Source: Vermamoeba vermiformis
Lineage: Eukaryota
NCBI GenBank assembly: GCA_045837725.1
Contig: JBEWZL010000236.1
Coordinates: 186,001-250,000 of the forward strand
Direction of reading: 5' to 3'
Length of the DNA: 64,000 nt
The notes below the pieces were generated by a model. The model made no database searches and was not told the DNA's origin. It saw only the letters and a list, made by a program, of their open reading frames with translations. Shown here one piece after another: positions 48,361 to 60,894 of this stretch (its first letter is position 1; the number at the start of each line of letters is the position of its first letter). A program made the translations under genes and the position numbers.

Positions 48361-50343
48361 ATGAGTACGTCAAAGGACTCGTCAACACCTTCCAGGAGAA
48401 GAAGAAACGCGGATGCAGATGAAAACGAAGATAAAACTTCACGAGCTTTAAAACGAAGGAAATTGGAGAAAAATAATAGCAATATTAGCGATGAAGAAAT
48501 AGAAGATAAAATGAGTATTGATAATGACGCAGAGCAGTTCCAAGAAGGACAAGATCTGAATATTGCCAAAAGAACTCGCCGTTCACTCATAAATAGCGGA
48601 AAATTAGATATAAAAATGGTCGGTGAAAATTATCATGATGAATTGCCTGAGATGGATGTCGATGACGAGGTAGAATTGTTACCGAGCATTACAGGATGTG
48701 ATTGCTGACCCGTAAATTAGCAGAAATCGAGCAACACAAACGTAGAGCCCTCGAAAAAATATGCAGTTTCGTTGGATGAGATTCGCTCTCGAACAGCGTT
48801 GTACAGGTTAAAGATGACGTCGTCAAGTAAGATCCTCCAATGCTGCGGCGCAAGGCTTTAGCCTAATTAATTCCGTCCTATTTAGAACGACTAGAGCATT
48901 CATTTTGCATGACGAAACATAAGCACAATGTCTTTGCAATGGAGGCTACCGTCAACAACGCACTTTTCGCAGCTGGTACGCGACGAAAGGACTCACTGAA
49001 ATGACTTGACTAATTATGATTATAATAGGAGGGGGCGGTGGCAACTTATCTCTTTTTGATCTCGGTGAAGGGCTCTATTGTAATTCAAAACTTGATACGA
49101 CAGTCCTTGGTCGCAAAAATACAGTGCGGCATCTACCTCCATTTCTAACCATGCAAGTTCACGATGCATGGATTTCTGGCGTTAAATTTTTAGATATTCA
49201 CAAAGATGGTGAGACCTTAATATTAAAATCTTAGTATGATGTTAATAGAACTATATAGATGACAGTTATTGTTTGCTGACTTCATCGGATGACGCGAAAT
49301 TGAAATTATGGCACATTGACATGAACGAGAAAGATTACTATAAGAAGCTAGCGCATATTAATCCTGCCGCACAAGTGAGCACCGAGTCAGGAATTTATTC
49401 TATTGATGCATTTAATAAGAGCATTCTTACCTCGTGCAAGGTACGGATCAGATCCACTTGATCTCGGTCAGCGAGACTAATTGTATCTGTTAGAGTGGTG
49501 AAGTTATATTGCACGAGTTGACTGAAAGTCAAATACGACCAGTACAACATTATATAGCCCATACTGATGTAGCAAAGGTAACGTTAAAGGGGTGCCTAGC
49601 GTTAGATCTGTACTGACTTTAACTTCGTAGCACGTGCGTTGGCGAGATGCAAATGTGTTTGCAACGTGTGGCAACGACAAAAAGGTCAATGTGTATGACA
49701 TTCGAGTGGCACAAACACAGCCCAAAGTGACCACGTACGAGAACGCGCATTCCTTGTCAATTAACACTGTAGCTTGGCAACCAGGAGACCCACTCAGATT
49801 AATGTCCTCGGGGTTTGGTAATAGCCACGGTTTCATATAAACAATGACTAACGTTACTGTCAAAACAGATCAAGTGATCAATGTTTTTGACTTGAAAAAA
49901 ACGGATGCGCCACTGTAAGAAATAACAAAAATACGATATTATAATAAAATGTTAATACGATATTATTATATTGTAGTTTTACAATTACCGAGCACCAAGG
50001 CAAGAATGGCCGTTCAAGTTCGATCCATCACCCTGTCTTTGGATTCGCAGGCGCGGCTATTCTGACAGCTGCAGACACGAGCAAAGACATTTACATGTTC
50101 GAGTAAGTACATTACTACTATGGTGCTTGGGTCTTATTAACTATTTTGCGTAGCACTGTCCGCGGCAAGTTGGTCCGAAAGTTCGATCTGGGCTACACGG
50201 CGAATAGTATCTACACTGATTGGCCCACGGAGTATTTCATCGCGGTGCATAATCAACACATCAATCTCTATCATCCAAAGGCTGAGAAAGTCAGTGCTGT
50301 CATCAAAAAACGGTCTGGCAACAACTTTCTCAGCAATCAATGA
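48361..50343 (+). CDS. WD40-repeat protein with NLS-like basic/acidic N-terminus
   Basis: VHDAWISGVKF, LLTSSDDAKLKLW, FATCGNDKKVNVYD and AHSLSINTVAW. Confidence 0.85.
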
Positions 50344-51006
50344 AAACTTAAACGACAAACCATTGGTTATTAAATGCTTAAAATATAGTTATTGTTGATA
50401 CTATTCTCAGTCAAGCCTAAGGTAGGTATGTTTCAATGTCATCCCGGATCCAGTAAAATATAACCAAAAATTTATTGGTACAGTAATCGCAAGCAAAAGT
50501 TAAGCAAGCGAGTGTGCAAGGATGATATGGTACTCATGTGGAGGGCACTGCGAGTGGTTCTCCGGCTGCGCCAACAGACCACCGGGTATCGTGGTGACAG
50601 CGTTGCTCTTAAGTCAGCTGCTACTTCTGCTTGTCTAGGTCGCCCCGAGGAGCAAATGCCCCTCTCCCAGCGAGCGTATCGTCGTTTTTATGGAGTGTGA
50701 TGCGGATGGTCATGCCAGCCTACCAGCCACAATCTACCTCTGTCCACGCTCTTTACAACACATCCGCAAGCCTGAGCACAGTCTATCAACCGCTATACAA
50801 GACGGGCTCCGACGGGGCGCGGTGACGCCCGCAGGAGGGACGCCAGTCGCCGGGGACGACGATCTCAACCACCGACAGAATGTCCCTTCACCAACAACCT
50901 CTCAGAAAGAGAGAGAACTAATGGAAATAATTTTCCAAAATCATTTACTTAAGTTTTTTTTATTGATTACACTATCTATTCTTCTTCCGTACAACTGCAC
51001 AACAGT

Positions 51007-53530
51007 CTATTGCTCACCAAGTAAAATAGCTTTTTCAATGTTTTCGGACAATTTGTGCGGCGTTATAGTACCAGCCGACGTAAGAACTTGTTTTGCCATC
51101 ATATTTTCTCGCCGCATCGTGAAGAAAATAGGCCTGAATGGATTCTTTTTGACAACGCTGTCCAATTCTTTGAGCTCTTTGCAGTGATCCAGCGAATGAT
51201 AGTACTCATCGATCTTGATACAGAACTCCTCAAATAAGCCAAGTACTTCTTCGAAAACACTTCCAAATTTGGTAAATTTCTTTTTGAATCTCGGCATATC
51301 TCCGCTATTCATCGATCGAAAGACTTTCAGAACCAGTGTTTTGACGGTGATGTGCGAGTACATGTCGTAATAGCCATTAACTAGAAGTTGCATAGATTCA
51401 TAGCCAGTGTGTAGTACTTGTGTCCTATTGTATTGGCTGTCACATACAACAAGTCCACTGTGCGTCAACAACTTCAGATCTGCTGCGTACTGCTCCAACG
51501 CAAAAAAGTTTTGTTTGCCGCTGAGTACCGTAGATCGCAACGGCTCTTCACTTGCCAAATTAGGAAGTTTCTTCCACTGTACGTCATCAATAGGCACCTC
51601 GTTCAATGTGTTCATGTCACGTGCTGCAATCAAAAACAGATCTGCCTCGCCATACTCGAGGATATAATTAACGTAGTCCTCAGGTCCAATCAATTCAAAT
51701 ACATAACATATGCTAGTATTGGTTGGCAAAGAATAGTTTCTAGTGTTGAAAATGCTCCAAAACAGATCCACGCATTTGTGACACCTGTCAAAGTGTCAGA
51801 TTATTCTCCCTACTAAAGTATACTATAGACCTATTACATACTTCTCCTTTGAGTACCTGTCGATGAAATTAAAGGCAGTTGCTAGCCATCGATCTTTGTA
51901 CGAGTATAATAATATTTGTACGCCGTCAAGTTTGGGTGTCACGGTGATATTTTTGTCGAATTTGATGTTCGGTCTTAACAGCTCCGTGTCTTTTGATATA
52001 TTGTCCATAGGATATGCGACTATATCTAATGTCTCCTAATGTCCTAATTAATCGAAGAAAAAAAGTAGGTAGGATCCGCTCACTTTGTTGATAATCAGCC
52101 CGGTACAGGTGCGTAGCCAAGACTTGTCCCACGGCGTTTCTTTTTTAGAGGGCAATAATTGAATTAATTCTGGGAATTCTTTTGAGCACGGAACACAATG
52201 CACGGATAAAATCTTCGTCAAATTTTCAATCCCAATGGATCTAACGTACTCCATAAACATCAATACTTTCTATAATAGAATAGTTTAGATTATAAGTATA
52301 TGTATATATATCCTAGGCTTACTTTGTCAGTTTTAACATGTGGCTCGAAGTTTCTGTACGAATAACAAATCGCATCCAATTTCTCGAACAATTTTTCCTT
52401 TTTAGGCTTATACCAGGCCTCAATGAGCGTATAATCTCCGTTAAAATCGATCGGCATCAATTCTTCGCGATATTTGTTGCCAGCTGTCAGATCGTAAATG
52501 GTACCTCGTTCAAATACTTGAATAGCAAACTCCAAGTGTTGAAGAATGTAAATCTGAATATAAATATTATTAAAATATTAATTTATTAGGCAGAATAATA
52601 CTTCGTAATTTTGTAGCGTTAATTTATAAGAAATTAAAATCGTCTAATAATTTTTTTTGCTTGATCTGGCTACTTACAATTTTTTTCTTCGTTTTGTTGT
52701 ATTTATTTTGTTTAATCCAAAACATTTTCATATATTTCTCATTTTTGCTGAAATCAATCAACGCCTGATAATGCATCATTTGCCACCGAATACTAACTTC
52801 AAAATTTTTTCTTTTAACGAGCACTTTTGGATGTTCTTCGCCTCCTAATGTCTCGAATACATAGATCCATATTATATTTTGCTGTAATAAATGCTGCCAG
52901 TACTTTTCTTCGAAACAAACTACGTCGAAATGAACGCCGTGGATTTCTGCTTTTGATACGAGCTTTGTATGCGCATCCTTTTCATAAGTAATTAATATGT
53001 TAATAATAGTATATATTTTATTATATATTATTCTATAAAATCGCGGTTTAATAAAATTAGTTTTTGGGACCGGATCCCCGAACAAATTTTTCTTTATACT
53101 GAGCAATTCAATCGCAAAATAATAATATATAATTATTATTATATTACTATGGTATATTTAAACGCAAATATATAATGCTTACAGCAACTAATTGCCAATC
53201 AGGAGCGTAGTCAGTTTGACCCTTCAGTACACCATAATTATAACCACGCACTACCGCGACGAGATCGTAATCTGAGTTAGGACCATTGGTGCCGAAGAGG
53301 TGTGAGCCCCATTGATATAAGCACAGCAAATCATCGGATTTATCTGGATCGAGTTCAATAAAAAGTGTTTAAAAAAACAGAATAATTCGTTAAAATTTAT
53401 CTAAAATTACCCTGTGGCATATTCAATATTTTCATGGCAATCTCAACGAGCTCTTTTTTATTGAAGCTGCAACTTGATTAATATTTCCCAATAAGAGTCA
53501 GATCTTGCTAACTTACGACATGATTGCCAT
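51007..53530 (-). CDS. Pol-beta-type nucleotidyltransferase fused to an Rnl1-like RNA ligase domain (ligase motifs partly degenerate)
   Basis: N-terminal WGSHLFGTNGPNSDYDLV (GS...DxD). Ligase motif I TPKLDG, then YVFELIGP, LFLIAARD and SGLVVCD. Exons are linked by canonical introns. Confidence 0.7.
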
Positions 53531-53648
53531 AATAATGGTCTCCACTTTAGGTTAAATAATATTCTTCAGTCTAGTTACGACTTTATCTTACATTTGTGTT
53601 GCAGCATTTGATAAAATTTGTTCTTACTATTTAACAACGACACCACGT

Positions 53649-55359
53649 TTAAAGGTACAAGCTTAACGACACCACGTTGCTATTAAATATAATCAAGTTT
53701 CTTGGTCTTCCTTGGCCACCAAAGTTCAATTCTTCTACCAATAATGAATCGAAGTGCGTTCTTGCTTGATCGAATTCTTCGCTGTCGTTATTAGCCCGCT
53801 TAGCTAGGTATATGTTACCGAGCATAGCACAGCATAATAATAACGGAATATACTCTTTTTAAAGCGATTAGTATCGAAAATAAAAATAAAATAAATTATT
53901 ATTACCTTCTTGCTTGTTACAAGCGCACAATGAATCTGTCAATAAATCGCCCGAATTACATTTCATACAAGGAACATATTCGTTAGTAGCCTCAGCTGTG
54001 TCTAGCAAAATAGCCGCGGATCCAAATCGCGTAGGCACCAACGGCAGTCCCGTCTCAATTGCGCGGTAAGTATTCGCCCAATTTCCGCCGTAAAATAACC
54101 ACGTGTTAATACTGTCTATCATTCCTGACCTCACTGGGTGCTCTTTGAGATGCTGAATAGCGGTCACGTTAAAATCTTGAATATTTTTAGCTTGAACTTT
54201 GTCGCGGGCGGCACAGAATGCTTTCTCTCGCAGTGGATTTTCAATAGTAAAAGCTTGTACTATTTGAAGGACACGGGAGGGCTTTCCTGTAAAAAGCCCG
54301 TAGACACCTAATTATAACGTTAGTTACAATTCTTTATCTTATTTCATTATTACTATAGCTTTTGTGAGTGAGTAATGTATAATGTTACTTACTAGGCAAA
54401 TTCGAAGTATTAAAAGCTTGAATTAAATTCGAGAAATTGCCGTGCATGACTTCGTTGGTTTGGATCGGCCTTAAAACGTAGTTTTTGCCTTGCAACGTCG
54501 ATACTCCCAAATGCGAGTATGTATTGTTGATTATAGGCACTTGTTGTTGCTTATTATTATTACTATTATTAGTGCCACTGTTCTTGCTTTGAAATGCAGT
54601 TGTAGAGACTGTTTTTATGCTTGATTTTAGAGTTGCCAAGCCAGTACGCTGTTTGTGCTTATGACTCGTATTATGTGCCTCGCAAGACAATTCGTCGAGC
54701 AGTACTTCATAATGCAAACAAGTGCGTTCTAACTGACTGAACATTGGTCGAATCCACTCAAAAAATTCAAAACGTTTGTTGACTGGCAATCCATCGATCG
54801 TCTCGCGCCATACACTGACAGTTGCTAGTGATTCAATATGCCACTTCTCAAGAAACGATATCGTCGATATGAAGTGCTCATCCAGCTCTAAATTGAAATT
54901 TACAACTTTAATTGTGGAATTGCTTTGAATTCTTTACCTTTCTTTAAGCCTCCTAGTTGAATATTAATTAAGCGGGCCAATTTAGCGTCCAGAAAATCGA
55001 GTTTGGCATACAATTCTCTTCTTCGTTCACGGGCAACAGGATCTGGCTGATCTGATTCAATTAATTGATTAAATTTTTAAAGGATTATTAATAATTACGC
55101 ACGGCACGAGTTTCTACTTACCGCCGACTTGTTTGGCTTTGAGGTTGTCTAGCTCGGTTTGCTTTACCACTAATTTCTCTTTATCCAGCTTGAACTGCCC
55201 GCATTGCTTGTTTAAAAATGTAATCAATTGCGCGGCAGGTTGATTTTGAAAATTAATCTTCAAAGAATTAAAAAATTGGTTGATCCGCTTTTCTAACGCG
55301 TTGAGGTGCTCGTACTCGACGGCTATTCGTTCAGTGAATTCCTGGAACGAAATATTCAT
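53649..55359 (-). CDS. Coiled-coil plus PARP-like (ARTD) domain protein with substituted catalytic residues
   Basis: IENPLREKAF, WLFYGG, RFGSAAILL, TNEYVPCMKC, LLLCCAMLG, HFDSL and RNLIIFN line up with PARP/tankyrase catalytic-domain blocks. Confidence 0.6.
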
Positions 55360-55615
55360 TTGATAGTCTTTAGTTTGCTGTTATTTTTAATTAATAGTGT
55401 TGCAGTAGAATGTGGTGACGTCGAGAGTAAAGCTAAGACGTTAACAATTAATGTATTGAAGATACAAGGTGACTAATTTATAGTTGTAAAGCAGTTAAAT
55501 GATTCGGTAGATTCAAAAGTCCCACAGGGAGGGACAGGACACATGTTTCGTCCAGGTCTCGTACGGAATCTAGAACTTTAAATTTTATTTCAACGACAGC
55601 AGTGCTGTAGCACAA

Positions 55616-57221
55616 ATGAAAACCTACATTTCAATAATATTGGTTTGTTTCACGCTGCAATGTATGTTTTTAAGGTACATCATTAAACGCTAACGGTCGG
55701 TTTGTCTTAGATGTAGAAGTAAAATCACTTGCCGACGATGACAATATAGTTAAATTATTCCAGCAAGAGACATTTAAACGCGATTATAATTATTTCTATA
55801 CGCCAACAGAGTTACAGGAGATAGCTAAAACAAGTTATAAATCGAATCCACCAAAGGTCAATAGTTTCAACGACCCAAACCTCCAGAATCAAATTAGAAT
55901 TAACGCCTTGATTATTATTGACAAGCTGTTGAATTTATCGGCGAATGCCCAAAGGTAAAATCGGTAGTTGAATAAATTTCTCGTGTCGGATCTGATATCT
56001 TTTAATTAGCTCTTTCCAAAAAGACAGAATAGAGCAGCTTAAACAATTGAGATATATTTATGCAACGGAAGAGTCGTTGTCGAAGCGAGGATTGCCGCGA
56101 TATTACCATACAACACCATTTCAGCAAAAAGGATTTATTGGCATCGTCGAATCCATGAAAATTAAAGCGACTTCAGCACAATATTACGGCGCATGGCTAG
56201 GCACTCACTTTTGGACTTGGAATTACACTATATTCGCATTCGGAACTGAACTTGAGGTGCCATCACGTCGAAGTGTCAAAACAAAGTCACACAATCAACA
56301 GTCCGTCATTGACACCGTTCTATTTTTACGGCTTGGGACGATTGCACGACAGTAAGTTTGATATTTATGGCATTATATCTTCCCAAGAATAATTTCAGGC
56401 AAAGTTTCGTTTGACACTTTTGACACGATCTGTTTTTCAGTTCCTCTATGGAAGAATAATACGGATCTATTATTATGGTCAGTGCCTTACGTACTAGAAG
56501 AAAAGGCTAAAGCAGTCATCGAAAGCCTTCCTAATGATCAACGTGACTTTTTGATGAGTCGAATGAGTCCTTACAATCAAACGGTGTTGGAACGTCAAAT
56601 AATCTCGTTAGCGGAGATTTATACTGCAAATAGAGCTAACAGGTATATTGAATTATTTATAATATTAAAATTTGCTAATGTCGTTTTTGACAGCATGTTT
56701 TGGATGAACTTGTTATTGAATACTAGCGAGTTTAACACGAGGCCTATAAGCACGCCTATTAACGGGACTATGGGCGAGAGTAAGTAACATAAATGAATCA
56801 CAAATGCATTTCTTGGACTCACAAAATTGTTTCATTTTAAGTCCTGTATTGTTCACTCGTTACCTCCGAAGAGTTCCCATATTACTTAGTGCTTAATAGC
56901 GGCATCAATCCAACACTATTAACGATGAATATGGGCTCGCGACAAACAGTCACATTGCGCGCGTTAAAATACCCGAAAGTGTGCGTGCATCTCAATGCTT
57001 TTGTACCTGACGTCAATATCAAGGATGCAAGTGATGCATTAGTCTTACTAGCTGATGGACAAATAGTTATTAATATAAGGCCGAATTATGTCCGCTTTGA
57101 ACGATGCACACGCGAGATCTTACAAAAGTTCGATTTGGATGTCGGCCGAAACGCGTCAGACGAGGACGTTATACGGAAAAAAACAAAGGAGAAGCTTCTG
57201 AAAAAGCATACATGTGTATAA
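55616..57221 (+). CDS. Hypothetical secreted protein, multi-exon
   Basis: Signal-peptide-like start MKTYISIILVCFTLQ and spliceable exons; no family recognised. Confidence 0.55.
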
Positions 57222-57328
57222 TAAAGGAAAAAAGCGTGCTTAAAGAATGTTCTAGAGCATAAATGTTGCGAAAATGAAAAGAAAGAACCAGGTTAAATTG
57301 AGATTTTGTTTTTAAAGTAAATAGCACA

Positions 57329-58802
57329 ATGAAGAGTCATATTGAAGCTAGTAAGAAGAAGGTTGTATACCTGCGGGCAGCTAAAATTTGCGCACAAAAT
57401 AACAAAGTACGCGATCGTCTTCGGATCTGAAACTCATTTTACGACTTGAATAATGATCCGCAATAACGTCATTTTATTCATAAAATTAAATTATAATTTA
57501 TTATAGGACCTTTTAATCGATGTATTAGAGTCGCAACAAAAATTACCGATAACGGCTTCGATCCACCAATGGAACGCTGAAGAAACAAAGAAAATAGTGG
57601 AAGAATGCGATTTAGTTATGCCTCTATTATTATGGGACTATCCAAATTATTATAATGAATTTTTGGCGTTTATGGATCATCTGATCGAAAAACGGATCCC
57701 GCTAGCCAACGATCCATTCATAATCAAATGGAGCTCTGACAAAATGTACCTCAAGGTAATATATTATATAGTTATACTTATCCGTTAGATATGCCGTTTG
57801 CTAAGTCAAAAACGGATGTGGCGACGCGTAGTTTTGAGGACTAGATGCTAATGCAATAAATCAAATAGGACCTCATTTCTCACGGCGCCGCTATAGTACC
57901 TACCCTTTTTATTGGTACGTTAAAGGTCGATTAAGATTTGTAGCGGATCCAACATTAATTGACTGAACTTGTAATCGCAGAGACTAGCTCAGATATAGAC
58001 CAAGGACTACTCGCGCTGCAAACTAAAATTATTATGCGCGAATGGAACGAAATTATCATTAAACCAACCATTGCTAACGGTGCTCTTGGAGTACTCCGTC
58101 TGAAACCCGAAGATTACTTAACAGTACGTTTAAACTTCCTATTAAAATGATATAATAATACTTATATACTTATATTATAGAAAGGATTGCCTCATATTAA
58201 GAAATTATTGAGCGCAGGCTACAAAGTTTTAGCGCAACCGTTCATGTCAGTTGTAGAATCAGCTGGCGAGATATCAGCGCTGTATTTCAACGGAAAATAT
58301 TCCCATAGTGTACGAAAAGTGCCTGAAAAGGTAATAATTTCTTATCAAGACCAGATCCAGATCCGGTACAAAAATTTTAAGACCGGAGTTGGATCTCGCT
58401 TAAAAATCAATCAATGCTGACCTAATTTATATTAGGGTGATTTTAGAGTTCAAAATGAATATGGAGGCGTTGATTTCGAATACGAGCCGTCTCAAGAAGA
58501 GTTTTCGTTTCATGAAAAAATATTATCCGCTGCGAAAGAGTCAGTGAAGGCCTATTCTAAGCAAGACTATTATAGGCACGACTTCTTATATGCAAGGATA
58601 GACTACTTCATTACTGAAGATAATAGGCCGCTGTTATCAGAACTTGAAGTTATGGAGCCACATCTGTTTTTGAACGTGGCTTCTGAAATCTCAATTCCGA
58701 ACTGGCAAAATGCTGTAGTGGATGTAAGTACTTATTATATGTATTTTACAACAATACTAACATTATTTTAAGTATTTACAGAAGATCCAGGGCGACAAGT
58801 GA
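57329..58802 (+). CDS. RimK/glutathione-synthetase-like ATP-grasp ligase (bacterial DcsG-like type)
   Basis: LWDY, KWSSDKMYL, VPTLF, IIKPTI, LAQPF...GEIS, SHSVRK...GDFRVQNEYGG, YARID and ELEVMEPHLF. Confidence 0.82.
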
Positions 58803-58922
58803 ACGAAAATTCGGTCTGTGCCTAAAAATAAAATATTTATTTGTATTTTTCTGTTTATTTTTACAAGCACATCTTAGTGTGATATATAACAGACCCTATC
58901 ATTGCAAACGACTGAAAGGTAG

Positions 58923-60786
58923 ATGGATCAGATCTTGGAACTATTGAAACTCACGGGCTATACGCCACAAGACGAGTCTGAATTCCTCCAAGTAACACGT
59001 GGTATGAATTGGCTTATAAGCACTATTCCAAACTTTACACCGACGCCAGTGAAGTTTGAGGATAAAATTGCTTCCAAGATGTAAGTACCATCAATTTTAA
59101 AAAATACGGTGACCGACGGGATACAATACACCGCATTATGTTAGTTTATTTATACGCTATTCTCGCTATTAAGAATTGTTTCGAAATTTTTTTTGTGACA
59201 TCCGTCACAACCTTTCAATTTCGCTTAGCAAGCCTTAAATTACTGTATTGACGTCTTACTTATATTTACGCCTTTAGAATGATATCCGAAGCCATAGCAA
59301 AAGATTTGAGAGACTTGAAATGTCCTTTCGCCGTAGTGCCGTTTCAAATCCAAGGCCTAGACACGCACCACTTAATTCCTGCAATTCAATGGCTAGCTGT
59401 TAAGTCAAAGGGCGCTTCTTCTCAAACCAGTAATGATGGAGCCTCTCGATTAGAATTCTCCAAATTTGGTAAAGCTATCGAAGTCTTGGAGCTGAAATCT
59501 GGCTTGGAGATACCAGTGCCGCAAAGAAATGAAATTGTTGTGCGCGTGACAGCGACACCAATTCATCCTTCGATATTGGGGCTGATAAAAGGTACCTTTA
59601 TTGACACGTGTCAAAGTGTCACTTTTGACCTATCTAACACATTTCTATGAAGGTACTTACGGTCATAAACCATCACTTCCTGCAGTGCCCGGCAACGAAG
59701 GTAAGTTTCATATTGATATACCATTCATACTTAACATGCATTATAAGGTGCGGGTGTTGTACATGCCGTCGGAGAAAATGTCACAGAATTCAAAGTTGGT
59801 CAAAGAGTTTGTTTTTCAAGCTCAGGTACGTTCGAATACTAATTGATTATACCCGCAATATTAATTTTGTGCAGAGGGTCTCTGGTCACACTACGTCGTG
59901 TTGAAGAAACTAGAAGACGGATCTTTCATTGACACACCAGTCCTCGCTGTTGACGACAACGTACCCAATGATTTTGCCGCGCAATTTTATGTCAATCCAG
60001 TCACTGCATATGTCATGATGTTCGGTAAGTCCGTATTTTTGACAACTAAATTGGCTTAACACTGCTGTCAAACAGAGGTCTTGAACATTCAAGCAGGCCA
60101 GTGGCTCATTCAATCTGCTGCTGGATCCACACTAGGCCGCGTTGTGATTCAACTAGCAAAGTAAGAATTAGATATAGAGTGCATCTAATGAGATACTTAT
60201 ATTGAACAATAGGCACATGGGTATCAATCTTATCAACTTGGTGCGTCGTGCAGAACAAGCGGAAGAACTAAAAAAAGAATTCGGACAGGACACACACGTG
60301 GTAGTGTTTGACGGAACCACCTCCGATGAGGCACTGAAACAAATCAAAGAAATTACCAACAATCATGGTGTCAATTTTGGTGTTGACGCCGTGGCTGGTA
60401 CAACGACCGAATTGATCATGAAATCACTCGCACAGCTTGGAAAAGTCTTAGTCTATGGTGTACTCAACGGAATCGAACTCAAATTGAACGCTGGTGAAAT
60501 GTTGTTCAAAGAGACTTCAGTGCAAGGTAATCGGATCTACTTCCGATGTTGAAATTTCTGCAAAGTCTAAATGATTTTTTTTGTAGGTTTTTGGTTGAGT
60601 CCTTGGCTCAAGAGGAACACTAGAGAAACGAGACAAAGAGTGTACGACGAAGTGATGAAATTAATGGGCCAAAAGATCATCACGCCGTTCGTTGAAGCAC
60701 GGTACCCGTTCACTGAATACATTGCCGCCATTAACCATTCGATGCAGAAGGGCAAGAGCGGCAAAGTCTTGCTTGAATGGAAATAA
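58923..60786 (+). CDS. CCDC93-like N-terminal CH domain fused to an MDR-family enoyl reductase (MECR-like)
   Basis: LKCPFAVVPFQIQGLD...PAIQWL (CCDC93-N) is continuous in one exon with the MDR region; MDR motifs PIHPS, PAVPGNEGAG, VNPVTAYVM, QSAAGSTLG and GKSGKVLL. Confidence 0.78.
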
Positions 60787-60894
60787 ATTCTTTGCAACAA
60801 TTTTTCAACCAATCAAACGCTAATTTTACATTTCAAATCTACAAGAAAAATATTACATTAACTATTATCCGTGCCATCATATTGTCCTTTTTTT

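Noticed and set aside
55616-57221. Epoxide hydrolase assignment for the secreted protein
   Set aside because: Only vague local resemblance; no HGWP or nucleophile-elbow motifs.
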